Source: Anthoceros angustus
Taxonomy: Eukaryota > Plantae > Anthocerotophyta
Assembly (NCBI GenBank): GCA_010909165.1
Contig: VJWM01000063.1
Span: 1,302,001-1,366,000, forward strand
DNA: 64,000 bases
Reading direction: 5' to 3'
In this document: positions 13,411 through 25,203 of the stretch, piece by piece
Layout: every line of letters starts with the position of its first letter
Position numbering within the stretch: position 1 is the stretch's first letter
Made by a program: the position numbers and the translations under genes
The notes under the pieces: model-generated
Told to the model about the DNA's origin: nothing
The model's input: only the letters and a program-made list of their open reading frames with translations
Databases searched by the model: none

Positions 13411-13954
13411 TTGACAACTCCTAGACACAAGTCCTCTTCGCTATCACTTTTACTGAGTTGTCTTAACGGCAACGACGTGTCTCTTATGTTGCCACTCACA
13501 GATCCTTCAAAGATTGTTGATTGAGTCGCTAGGTTCCTTTGCATCCTTTGCTAGTACCAAAATCGATGTGTACATATTTCTCTCTCTTGGTTGGAACTTT
13601 GAATTCGCTCCCATGGACTGGCTGGTTGGTAGCTCCGTCCGGATCAAGTATGTCTAGGCATGCACTCCAAAGTGGTTGGTGGCTAAGTCACAACCCTCGT
13701 GGCGTGTCTAAACACCATACAAATACTCTTCAATTTCCATGTAAGACAAGGATTTGAGATGGTGAGTTGGATACCATTTCCATAAGAACTCTACGGTTTA
13801 ACATCCCGAGTGCGGATCAGTACTGGGGTGGGGTGATAACTGACCTTGGAGTTTTGAATACATAGTAAAACGATTAGATGGATAACTTACCAAATGCTAT
13901 CCTCTTCATTCTTATCCCTTGAAATCCGGCTTCCAGGTGCTCAAAGGTATTTTA

Positions 13955-14252
13955 CTCTTCTTTCTCCCTTGGCTGATTGGCCTTAAAAGGCCAAACTCCC
14001 TTCTTTCTCCCTTGGCTGATTGGCCTTAAAAGGCCAAACTCCCTTCTTTCTCCCTTGTCTGATAATGAGGCCTCCACGAAGGAGTTTGGCCTAGGGAGAA
14101 AGAGGGAGTTTTGAGGCCAAACTCCCTTCTTTCTTCCAAGGCCAAACTCCTTTGTGGAGGCCTCATTATCAGCCAAGGGAGAAAGACGGGAGTTTGGCCT
14201 TTTGAGGCCAATCAGCCAAGGGAGAAAGAAGAGAGTTTGGCCTTTTAAGGCT
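13955..14252. repeat. About 270-bp fold-back palindrome built of 43-bp modules
   Basis: GCCTTAAAAGGCCAAACTCCCTTCTTTCTCCCTTGGCTGATT modules on the left are mirrored as reverse complements on the right, centred near 14113. Confidence 0.85.
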
Positions 14253-14624
14253 AACATAGAAGCACAAAAGCCTTGGCATCATCCTCAAAAAGTGACATTC
14301 ACAATCTGTGACTTTTGCTCTAACAAATCTTGCTATGAGCTCTTGCATCCTCTTCTCCACACATAAGAAATACGCCCAGTGGTACCAATTTAATTCGCTT
14401 ACCAATTTTCTTCTCTACTAGAAACCCAAGTGTCAGGTGCCTCTCTCCACCAGCGGCCTCCACCGTACATTGCCTACATAAAATGAGTCTTTCAATTCAG
14501 CAAACTGCTCTAACTTTAGCTCCCTACTAGTTGGTACTTTTCCATAACTAGTTAAAAAAGAGACTCTATGCTCTCTCTCATTCAAAGGCTGCCATTTGAT
14601 TCCAAAAGGATTTGATGTGGCTTT

Positions 14625-14900
14625 TGATGAAATATGACCTATTTAGGGCACTCTTCACTAGGGCACCTAAGGCTATTAATTAATTTAGTTCTTAGGGCTT
14701 TAGGTAGTTTAATGAGTAGTTAGTTGTTACAACCACTTAGAGGTTAGAACTACTTATGGTTACAACCACCTTATGGTTATAACCACCTAGCCTATATAAA
14801 GGCTTTGTACTTTCTATTATAATCAATGCATACAACTTTTGTGCAAAGCTTTCTACTATCGCTTGCTATGTTTTGCTACCTAGAGCTATGATTCTCATCA
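14625..14900 (+). repeat. Copia 5' LTR
   Basis: TGATGA...TCATCA with an internal TATATAAA; matches 24186-24466. Confidence 0.95.
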
Positions 14901-15779
14901 TGGTATCGAGCATTGCTGCTCTCTATTTGCATTGGACAACTTGACATGCTGATCTACTCTTCTTCTTCATCTTCTTCTTCATTTCTTTTTAGAAGATGCA
15001 TAGATTCTTTAGATTGCATGTCATAGATTGTCATCATGTTTGCCTTCCTTAATCTTCAATAATGCACACTGCATCCAATCCTTGCTTCAATGCGATGGAC
15101 CCTTCAATCCTCAAGCAAGGCTATTGGAAGAAGATTAAGGCTGCAAGACAAGAGATAGAATATAGGAATGCAAAGATTAGAATTGCTAGGAAGTCTAGTA
15201 AGATAGTAGGAGATTCCATACTTATTGCTAACTTCATTGGCTCTATTCTAATCAAAGTAGAAGATCAAGGGAGGCATAGAAATTGCTAGAAGAAACTTGC
15301 TTACTATCTTTAGTTTAAGTCAAGTGAAAGCAATTGAACTCGCTCTTGATCATATCCCAAATCTACAAGCGGTCCTCTTCCTCCTCTCCAATGCGGGTTT
15401 ACAACAACACAAGCAAGAAACTTCCGATTCGATAAAGACTCTCGCCAGAGAACCACGCCGTCAACACACCCTACGCAACAAGCATAGAGGAGTTAGCAAG
15501 AGAAGTGCGTGATCTCAATAAGCGCCTCCTTGAGCATCTTGATCCAAACATCTTGTGTCTTCATCACAAACTTTCCCTTCTGCTCGTCATCCCGACAAAC
15601 ACGCTGAGAAAAGGTTTCTTCTTGTTTTGCTCCTTGCGCCCGATTTCTGCATGATGATGAGGAAATGCGGCGCTCAGCTCTAAGGCGCAATAGTGACCAC
15701 CGCAATGGCTGGTTCCGACGTGGACGATCGAGAGGAGGCGGATCCACCCAAAGATGAAGTACGACCTTCCGTGGTGAAT

Positions 15780-18700
15780 CACAACTATGGTGACAGTTTA
15801 AGGAAAAGGAGATTCAATGGGCGGTGATGTTTGGCGCTGCGAATCGTGCACTTTTCCGCAATCGAGACCTATGGGACGTTGTAAGTGGGTCCACACCCAA
15901 ACCACGGTGGGGCTCAGAGCAAGAAACACAGGGCCGAGGATGAAAAAGCTCAAGACCTCGATCGGTGGACTAGCCCTTAATATGGTAAGACAATGCGTCA
16001 AGCAAAAACTTCTAAGCAGATGTGGGATCACCTTGCTCGATTATATTCTTCAAGAGATGTGATGAGTATGATGACCGCGATGCAACTTCTTCAATCAAGA
16101 TGAAGGAATCGACTCTCGAACACCATATCAACACTTTTCCGAAGCGGATCTCAATATGAAGCGCCACCAACACCTCCGTCTCGAACTTGTTGTATTCCTT
16201 GTTCTCTTGATATCCCTCCCACCCTCCTACAGACCATTTCTCACCACACAGAACGCTGTGGTTAGACAAGCCCAAAAGAATTCGGGCGGCTTCGATGCAG
16301 ACAACGACCTCGACATCAGTGTCGCAGAACTCATCGGAGCCATGATTCAGGAGGAGTCCAATCGACGCCATGAGCCCAAGTCCAGTCGACAGCAGGTGAT
16401 GTATGCTGGAAGAGGCAGAGGAAGAGGACGCGGCAAAAGTTCTCCTTCCAATAGACCTGCTTATTCCACACCAAACAAATATCATGGCGAATCCAGCTCT
16501 TCCACACCTTCCAGGGGTAACAAAAGGAGTGGAATTATTTGTAATTGGTGCATTCCTAATCACATGGAAAAGGATGTAGAAAGAAGAAGAATGGGAACCT
16601 AGATCGAGGCCCGCCGCTCATGTTGCTTCAAGAAACACTCTTCATCAACAACACGTGTGCTCACTATTTGCCTTGCATCCTCTAAGCCGCAACCGCTTAT
16701 TGGTACAGACGGTGGAGCAACATCACATATCTGCTACAACAAAGACTCCTTGAGTCATACACCCCACCAGGACATCCGATTGTTCTCCGGGCGATGATCA
16801 CACCTTCCATAGCGGGCCTAGGTTGTTGTACTCATGTGATTCGGTCGACTCTTCATCTTCATCAAGTCCTCCATGTTCCCGCCATGTGCAAAACCTAGTG
16901 TCACCGCTAGTCTTTGCAAAGAACATACCATGCAGTCCTTTTATATGCCGATAGCTGTTCCTTTCCTACCTCAAGAATAGAACACACAATATCTGCGGCA
17001 TCTTAGAAGATGGACTCTATAGATTGTCAGTCAAAGTAGGAGCCACACATTCCGTCAATGTAGCCTCCCAACATTCTGCACAACCAACACACACGATGCT
17101 CTGGCATTGTAGATTAGGTCATCCTAATAGTCAGAAGTTACTCCAAATGTCTAGAGACAACCTGTATAGAACACCTGTCTCTCCAAGGTTCACAACTTAG
17201 ATTGGTGCGAAACCTGTGTCCTCACAAAACGTCACCAGGAACCTTTCAAAAATCCATCTCCTCAAAGGGCCAAGTCACCTTTAGAGATAGTATACACAGA
17301 CATTTGTGGACCCTCTCTACACCCTCCTTGGTGGTAGTAGATACTTCTTAACTTTTACCGACGACTATTCCCGTTTCTGCCTCTCCTACATCCTCACACA
17401 AAGAGTGAAACTTATCGGTTTTCAAGGATTACATGGCATGGCGAAAGGCTTACGATCACAAACTCAAGACCTTACGTTCCGACAACGGTGGAGAGTTTAC
17501 ATCTCATAGATTTGCTGAATTTTGTCGAGCAAGGCGTAGCTCAACAATTAAGTGTAGTATACACTCCTCAAAGAAAATGGCGTGAAAATAAGAATCTCCG
17601 CCTCCAAGAGATTACAGTTGCTGTTAACACAAGCTAACTTATCCAAAAGCTTATTGGTGAGGCCCTCCTTACGACAACCTATCTCATGAATCGCCGACTT
17701 CCTCGTTCAAGGTATGACTCCATATGAAGCATTCACGGCAACAAGCCTTCCATAGATCACCTTGAATTTTTGGCTCTCCGCATATGTCTTTATCCCTAAA
17801 GTACAACGCAGAAGTTAGATCCAAAAGCTGCCAAATATCTATTTATTGGCTACACCAAGGCATCAAAGGTTACAAGCTATTTGAACCCACACGGAAGCTT
17901 ATATATGCCGAGTGTTACTTTTCATGAGTCTTACCTCTTTTCCCCAGTGGGGGCTGGTACATCCGCCCCGAGGTCTCTTAAGAGCCCTCGGATACCTCCT
18001 CATTTGATGATACCGATTATATCACTCAATTTCCAGTTCACCTCCTGTAGTGGTTGAACCTCTTGCGGAGGAGGAGGAGTTAGCATCTATTCCACGAAAC
18101 ACCACGGATGGCGACAACATTCAAGTCGAGGAGCCAGACACTCTTTATGAAGAGCATGATGACCCTCCGTGAATGACATGGAGCACCATGATCCTATTGA
18201 TGTTCTGCTCCATGGAAGATGCACCGGAACCTACACAAAGGTACAACTTAAGAACCCGTCACGCAATCCCGGACCCGCAGGATGGAAGGAACCTCCTTTA
18301 GGATATCTAGCTGTTTTTGATGATCCTCTTCCTGTCACTTTACTCACAAGTCGTATACAAGGCAACCATAGATCCGGAAGAACCTCTTACCTTAAAACAA
18401 GCTTTCTCTTCTCGAAAAAGCCTTATGGAAGGTAGTCAGATTCGAATATAACTCTCTCATTAGTAACTCTACATGGGAATTGGTTAAGCCACCTAAGGGT
18501 AGGAAGATAGTCACCAGCAAATGGGTATTCAAAATTAAGAGAAAAGGAGATGGTTCCATTGAGAGATACAAAGCACGCCTTGTGGCTGTGGGATTCACCC
18601 GGATACGGGTTTAGATTACCTCCCATGGGCCACATTCGCTGATAAAAGTTTGCTTCCCTTAGAATAATCTTAATATGACCCATCATGATCTTGAGCTCCA

Positions 18701-20295
18701 TATGATGGATGTGAAGACAACATATCTCTATGGCCGTCTTCAAGAAGAAATCTACATGAAACAGCCAAGGTTATGAGGTTAAAGGCAAGGAAGATTGGGT
18801 ATGCAGACTAATTAAAGGCTTGTATGGCCTTAAGCAATCTGGTAAAATTGGAATATGGACATACATGTGAAACTCATCAAAGAGGCTTAGGCAAAGTGAT
18901 GCCGATGCATGCATGTATATCCTAATATCGTGCAATGATACCTTTTACTTATTGCTCTCGTCGACGTATTCATGGCCACAAACTCCCTTACTCTCCTAGC
19001 CGAGATCAAAAGCTGGCTCAAGACTTTTTATGAAATGTCTGATTTAGGAGAAATGACATATGCACTTGGTGTCAACATTATTAGAGATCGAGCAAACAAG
19101 ACTCTGAGTATTGTTCAAACCAAGTACATTAAAGAGAGTTTAACCAAGTTTGGACTTGAAGATGCGAAACCTGCCCCTACACCTTTTGCTAGCGGGGTCA
19201 GGCTTACCATGGATATGAGTCCAAAGACAGCACAAGATAAGTTGGAAATGTCAGCAGTCCCATATCGACATGCTGTTGGCACACTTATATATTTATCCAA
19301 CTTCACTCGACCAGATATATCTTTGATCGGCTCCATTCACAATTCACGAGAACCACGGGCGTGAACCGGATGTCAACTAAGCGCATATTCGGATACCTCA
19401 AGGGTACCATGCACAGGATTGACATTCAAGTATACACCGAGCATAAAGGCGTTGACATTAACGACTTACCGACGCCGATCTTTGGTGACCCCACGCAGAT
19501 CCGTATCGAGTGCGTCGCTATTGGGGAGCACCGATATCCTGGTCAAGTAAGAAACAACCAACCATAGCCTTGTCCAAAGACCGAGTCGAGTATAGAGTAC
19601 TAACCTCGGTTGCTAAAGACATAGTATGGACTAGGCTAACCTTGAGTGAACTTCATCACAAGCGGAAAAGCCCACCTTGTTGTTGAGTGATAGTCGTGAG
19701 CTATAGCCTTGTCAAGGAACCCTGCCACTCTAGAACTAAACATATTCGAGATACCTCAAGGGTACCATGCACATTGACATTCAAGTATACACCGAGCATA
19801 AAAGGCGTTGACATTAACGACTTGGCGCCGACTATCTTTGGTGACACCGCAGATCCGTATCGAGTGCGTCGCTATTGGGGAGCACCGATATCCTGGTCAA
19901 GTAAGAAACAACCAACCATAGCCTTGTCCAGCACTGAGTCAGAGTATAGAGTACTAACCTCAGTTGCTAAAGACATAGTATGGACTAGGCTAACCTTGAG
20001 TGAACTTCATCACAAGCAGGAAAAGCCCACCTTGTTGTTGAGTGATAGTCAGGGAGCTATAGCCTTGTCAAGGAACCCTGTCTTCCACTCTAGAACTAAA
20101 CATATTGCTGTCGAATATCATTATATCAGAGAGAAAATAGAGGATAAAACTATAGATATTAGTTATGTTCAAACTTTAGAAAATGCAGCTGATTTATTAA
20201 CAAAGTCACTAGGCATTGAACTGCACAGTAAACATATGAAATGTTTAGGTATATTGGACACACTGTCTAAGCCTCCAGCCTATAGTTCATCCTAG
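15780..20295 (+). pseudogene. Copia gag-pol (gag, PR, INT, RT, RNase H), frameshifted in this sequence
   Basis: DGGATSHIC (PR), LWHCRLGHPN (GAG-pre-INT), RYFLTFTDDYSR (INT), YEMSDLGE...LG (RT), ISWSSKKQPTIALSSTESEY and DSQGAIALSRNPVFHSRTKHI (RH), in Copia order. Confidence 0.9.
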
Positions 20296-23200
20296 CAGCT
20301 AAATTGGTCTACTTAAGATAACCTTAGTAATCCAATATTCTATTCTAAGTCTTCTGAACAATCATCCTCAATCTTAACATAGGCTTAGCTCCATCCTCTC
20401 CTTCATACATAGTTGAGGTGCTCTCTAGAAAATAATATTAAAATATTAAATAATATTTTGCTAATTAAAACTTTTCATATTTTCTTAACTCAAGAATACT
20501 CACGATAGACATGGATCATATGCGGAAATTCTTCACAAACAGATACATAACCCGTATCATATGTATCTTAGTTTCACAGCAAACATAGGAGCATGGAGGT
20601 TCGTCAATTCCCCTTTCATATTAGTGATTATATAGATGAGCTTCACATCATCACCCTTGGGATATATGCGGGTTTCAATCCTATGTTTCCTATTCTATGT
20701 CTTTCTTGAGGCGGAAAAGAAACCTAAAATGGGCAAGATTTTAGCAAGAGAAAATAAGTTAGAACACCTTTTAGAGTCACAAAAGCATGTCTACCTTTTC
20801 ATTTTTCTCATTTTCTTCATTTTCCATTTCATTTTCCTTTTTCCCATAATTTTCCATACATAAATCTGCGAAAATAGTATCAGAAAATTCATCACAATTA
20901 ATATTTTTGAAACTGGAAAATGGTCATTTGAAGATGCCCACAAACGGGCTTACAACTAGGTGCCTCTCCTCATGACAAAGGGGGCATCTGCCAAGGTGCC
21001 TCCCTTCACGACAAGGGGAATGCCTTGCTATACCATGCTATCTTACTTGAGATTTCAGCCTCCCTTCATCGGCGAAGCCCTTCAATGAAGATTCTTCCGA
21101 GGCACTTGTATCGATAAGAGAACAATCTCGGCGATTTCTTCCTCACAGAGCTTTGAGAAATCTTCCTCGACGATCTCTCACCGCACACTGGTGACGACAT
21201 GCCGATTGGGCAGTGTTGGCTTGGGATTAGCGGCAGCACTTTTGAGACATTGAGACAAGACATGCGAAGATCGGTTTCTTTAATCTCCGGCTTGGGTGAG
21301 ACACTCCGCATATGGCGGCACTCACACATCAATGGCGATCTTCAGACCGAGAACAAATTCCACCTCTCCCGGTGACTTCAACCTCTACACGAGCTCGGAC
21401 CACTTCATCCCACGAAACGTGGTGGGCTCTCCACAAAGGTTGGAATCCATTTAGATGCGGTGGAGGATCACAGGCCGCACAAGTGGGCGTCTGCTCCTCG
21501 AGGCGCGGTCCCTCCCAGGTACCTCTTCTTTCTTTTTCCACCGCAGTTGGCACACACCTACTTGCGAATCGGCGCCGCACCACCGGTGATCCGAGCACAT
21601 GGGCGGGCGCGCCCCGCCGATGGCCGCGCGCTCCTCGGCGGCGCGCGCCACCCCCACCTTTTGCTAGTGGGCTTACCATGGATATGAGTCCAAAGACAAG
21701 ACAAGATAAGTTGGAAATGTCGGCGGTCCCATATCGACATCTGTTGGCACACTTATATATTTATCCAACTTCACCGACCGGATATATCTTTGTCGCTCTG
21801 CTCACAATTCACGAGAACCACGGCGTGAACACGGATGTCAACTAAGCGCATATTCGAGATACCTCAAGGGTACCATGCACAGGATTGACATTCAAGTATA
21901 CACCGAGCATAAAGGCGTTGACATTAACACGGCGCCGACTATCTTTGGTGACCCGACTCGCAGATCCGTATCGAGGATCGCTATTGGGGAGCACCAATAT
22001 CTGGTCAAGTAAGAAACAACCAACCATAGCCTTGTCCAGAGTCGAGTATAGAGTACTAACCTCGGTTGCTAAAGACATAGTATGGACTAGGCTAACCTTG
22101 AGTGAACTTCATCAGCGAAAAGCCCACCTTGTTGTTGAGTGATAGTCGTGAGCTATAGCCTTGTCAAGGAACCCTGTCTTCCACTCTAGAACTAAACATA
22201 TTGTCGAATATCATTATATCGGAGAGAAAATAGAGGATAAAACTATAGATATTAGTTATGTTCAAACTTTAGATAATGCGATTTATTAACAAAGTCACTA
22301 GGCATTGAACGCAGAAACATATGAAATGTTTAGGTATATTGGACACATCTAAGCCTCCACTATAGTTCATCCTAGCACTAAATTGGTCTACTTAAGATAA
22401 CCTTAGTAATCCAATATTCTATTCTAAGTCTTGAACAATCATCCTCAATCTTAACATAGGCCGTGCATCCTCTCCTTCATACATAGTTGAGGTGCTCTCT
22501 AGAAAATAATATTAAAATATTAAATAATATTTTGCTAATTAAAACTTTTCATATTCTCTTAACATCAAGAATACTCACGATAGACATGGATCATATGCGG
22601 AAATTCTTCACAAACAGATACATAACCCGTATCATATGTATCTTAGTTTCACGGCAAACATAGGAGCATGGAGGTACGTCTGGCAATTCCCCTTTCATAT
22701 TAGTGATTATATAGATGAGCTTCACATCATCACCCTTGGGATATATGCCGGGTTTCAAATCCTATGTTTCCTATTCTATGTCTTTCTTGAGGCGGAAAAG
22801 AAACCTAAAATGGGCAAGATTTTAGCAAGAAAATAAGTTAGAACACCTTTTAGAGTCACAAAAGCATGTCTACCTTTTCATTTTTCTCATTTTCTTCATT
22901 TTCCATTTCATTTTCCTTTTTCCCATAATTTTCCATACATAAATCTGCGAAAATAGTATCAGAAAATTCATCACAATTAATATTTTTGAAACTGGAAAAT
23001 GGTCATTTGAAGATGCCCACAAACGGGCTTACAACTAGGTGCCTCTCCTCATGACAAAGGGGGCATCTGCCAAGGTGCCTCCCTTCACGACAAGGGGAAT
23101 GCCTTGCTATACCATGCTATCTTACTTGAGATTTCAGCCTCCCTTCATCGGCGAAGCCCTTCAATGAAGATTCTTCCGAGGCACTTGTATCGATAAGAGA

Positions 23201-23742
23201 ACAATCTCGGCGATTTCTTCCTCACAGAGCTTTGAGAAATCTTCCTCGACGATCTCTCACCGCACACTGGTGACGACATGCCGATTGGGCAGTGTTGGCT
23301 TGGGATTAGCGGCAGCACTTTTGAGACATTGAGACAAGACATGCGAAGATCGGTTTCTTTAATCTCCGGCTTGGGTGAGACACTCCGCATATGGCGGCAC
23401 TCACACATCAATGGCGATCTTCAGACCGAGAACAAATTCCACCTCTCCCGGTGACTTCAACCTCTACACGAGCTCGGACCACTTCATCCCACGAAACGTG
23501 GTGGGCTCTCCACAAAGGTTGGAATCCATTTAGATGCGGTGGAGGATCACAGGCCGCACAAGTGGGCGTCTGCTCCTCGAGGCGCGGTCCCTCCCAGGTA
23601 CCTCTTCTTTCTTTTTCCACCGCAGTTGGCACACACCTACTTGCGAATCGGCGCCGCACCACCGGTGATCCGAGCACATGGGCGGGCGCGCCCCGCCGAT
23701 GGCCGCGCGCTCCTCGGCGGCGCGCGCCACCCCCACCTTTTG
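19180..23742 (+). repeat. Tandem duplication inside the Copia (about 19180-21663 repeated as about 21656-23742), plus a nested 360-bp duplication (about 19385-19745 / 19741-20105)
   Basis: Long identical stretches (e.g. ORFs 21066-21332 and 23145-23411 are identical). Junction microhomologies are ACCTTTTG and CATATT. Confidence 0.85.
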
Positions 23743-24185
23743 TCAGGCGCCATGGCAAGTTCTTTGTGTTTCATGAGCGGGAGGAGGAATAAAACCGTAT
23801 GAGGGGGGAGGGTACATAACGGTATGCCCCCCCCCATGGGCATACGGACGGCCATCATATGGCCCGGGCCGTTGCTCATTAAATAAACCTTTTCACCTTT
23901 TTTACCCCTTTTAAGTTTTCGTTTAACTTTTACCTATAGTTTTTACTAAGATTAACCTAGTTTAAGTTTTACTTTTATCTTTTTACCTTGTTTAGGAATT
24001 TACCATTTCCTAATTAAGTTTTTGGTAATTAATTTTGATTACATTAAATTCTGCTTAAATGTAACTTAAGCCAGTTTTAATTGTTTTCTTAGTTAGCGGA
24101 TAGCTTTCAAGTTAGTGGGAGCTAACTAGCCTTTTAGTCTCATTTTGAAGCTGATTCTTCACACCTAGTTCATAGTGAGTGGGAG

Positions 24186-24466
24186 TGATGAAATATGACC
24201 TATTTAGGGCACTCTTCACTAGGGCACCTAAGGCTATTAATTAATTTAGTTCTTAGGGCTTTAGGTAGTTTAATGAGTAGTTAGTTGTTACAACCACTTA
24301 GAGGTTAGAACTACTTATGGTTACAACCACCTTATGGTTATAACCACCTAGCCTATATAAAGGCTTTGTACTTTCTATTATAATCAATGCATACAACTTT
24401 TTGTGCAAAGCTTTCTACTATCTGCTTGCTATGTTTTGCTACCTAGAGCAGCTATGATTCTCATCA
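24186..24466 (+). repeat. Copia 3' LTR
   Basis: Matches the 5' LTR and is followed by TSD GCTTT. Confidence 0.95.
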
Positions 24467-24479
24467 GCTTTTGCTATAG

Positions 24480-25183
24480 TTTCCTGCAAGCATGGATGAG
24501 AAGATCTCTAAGTTGACACACTTCAAGCTGAAGTCAAGCGAGACTGCGAAGATGGCTTACCGAAGAATCGACCAGTGGGTAGGTGACACTAAGACCATGA
24601 GTGATCGATTGGCTATCGAGAAGTACTTGCAGGCATTGTCATATGTGTTGCGCATGAAGGTGCAACGAGCGGTGCACAGCACGAAGGGGCAACACTACAT
24701 CCTCAAGGAAGTATACGAGATAACTGACAAGATAGGCCCCGCTGACACTTTCTCTTGTGCTATTGCAAGTAATCACTTCAACCTAAGCAGTAGTGGTGGA
24801 CGACATGACAAACGCGGAGGTCAAAGTGGAGGAGCTTGGCGAGACAAGCCAGCCCACAAAGCCCAAGTGATGAGCCCCTGTGTGAGGTGCCGAGGGACGG
24901 CTCATTCCCCTCATGAGTGCGAGCATGCATTCGGAGGAGTTAAGGGTGAGGAGTCGTGCCCTGGTTGTGGGAGGTACGAGCACAATGAAGTGGCGTATTG
25001 GGAGAAGCATCCGGAATTACGGCCTACGGGTTGCCGAGCAGCAACCCCAGCCAATTCATCTACTTCAACCTCGTCCACAAAATCAGCAAAGAGCAAAGGC
25101 ACTGTGGAGGAGGCACAAGCGAAGTCTCGAGGACAGAAGAAACGGGAAGCATCAAAGAAGACAATGGACAGCTACATGGCACG
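24480..25183 (+). pseudogene. gag of the old MTase-Gypsy element A, interrupted at 25184; resumes at 50086
   Basis: Knuckle-like CVRCRGTAHSPHEC and CPGCGRYEH; homologous to the young gag (47992-48778). Removing 25184-50085 gives the in-frame ...DSYMAR|LVKLEKLMRKAK.... Confidence 0.85.
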
Positions 25184-25203
25184 TGTCGCGCCATAGCTGC
25201 ATA

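Larger units (their letters stand above)
14625..24466 (+). mobile_element. Full-length young Ty1/Copia LTR retrotransposon
   Basis: TG...CA LTRs at 14625-14900 and 24186-24466 differ only by 3 small indels. 5-bp TSD GCTTT at 14620-14624 and 24467-24471. tRNA-iMet PBS TGGTATC(A)GAGC at 14901; purine tract AGTGAGTGGGAG before the 3' LTR. Confidence 0.96.

Noticed and set aside
19180-23742. Copia internal duplications as a biological novelty
   Set aside because: The near-identical copies differ mainly by error-type indels, so an assembly artefact cannot be excluded. The same applies to 1-859 and 55135-58030.
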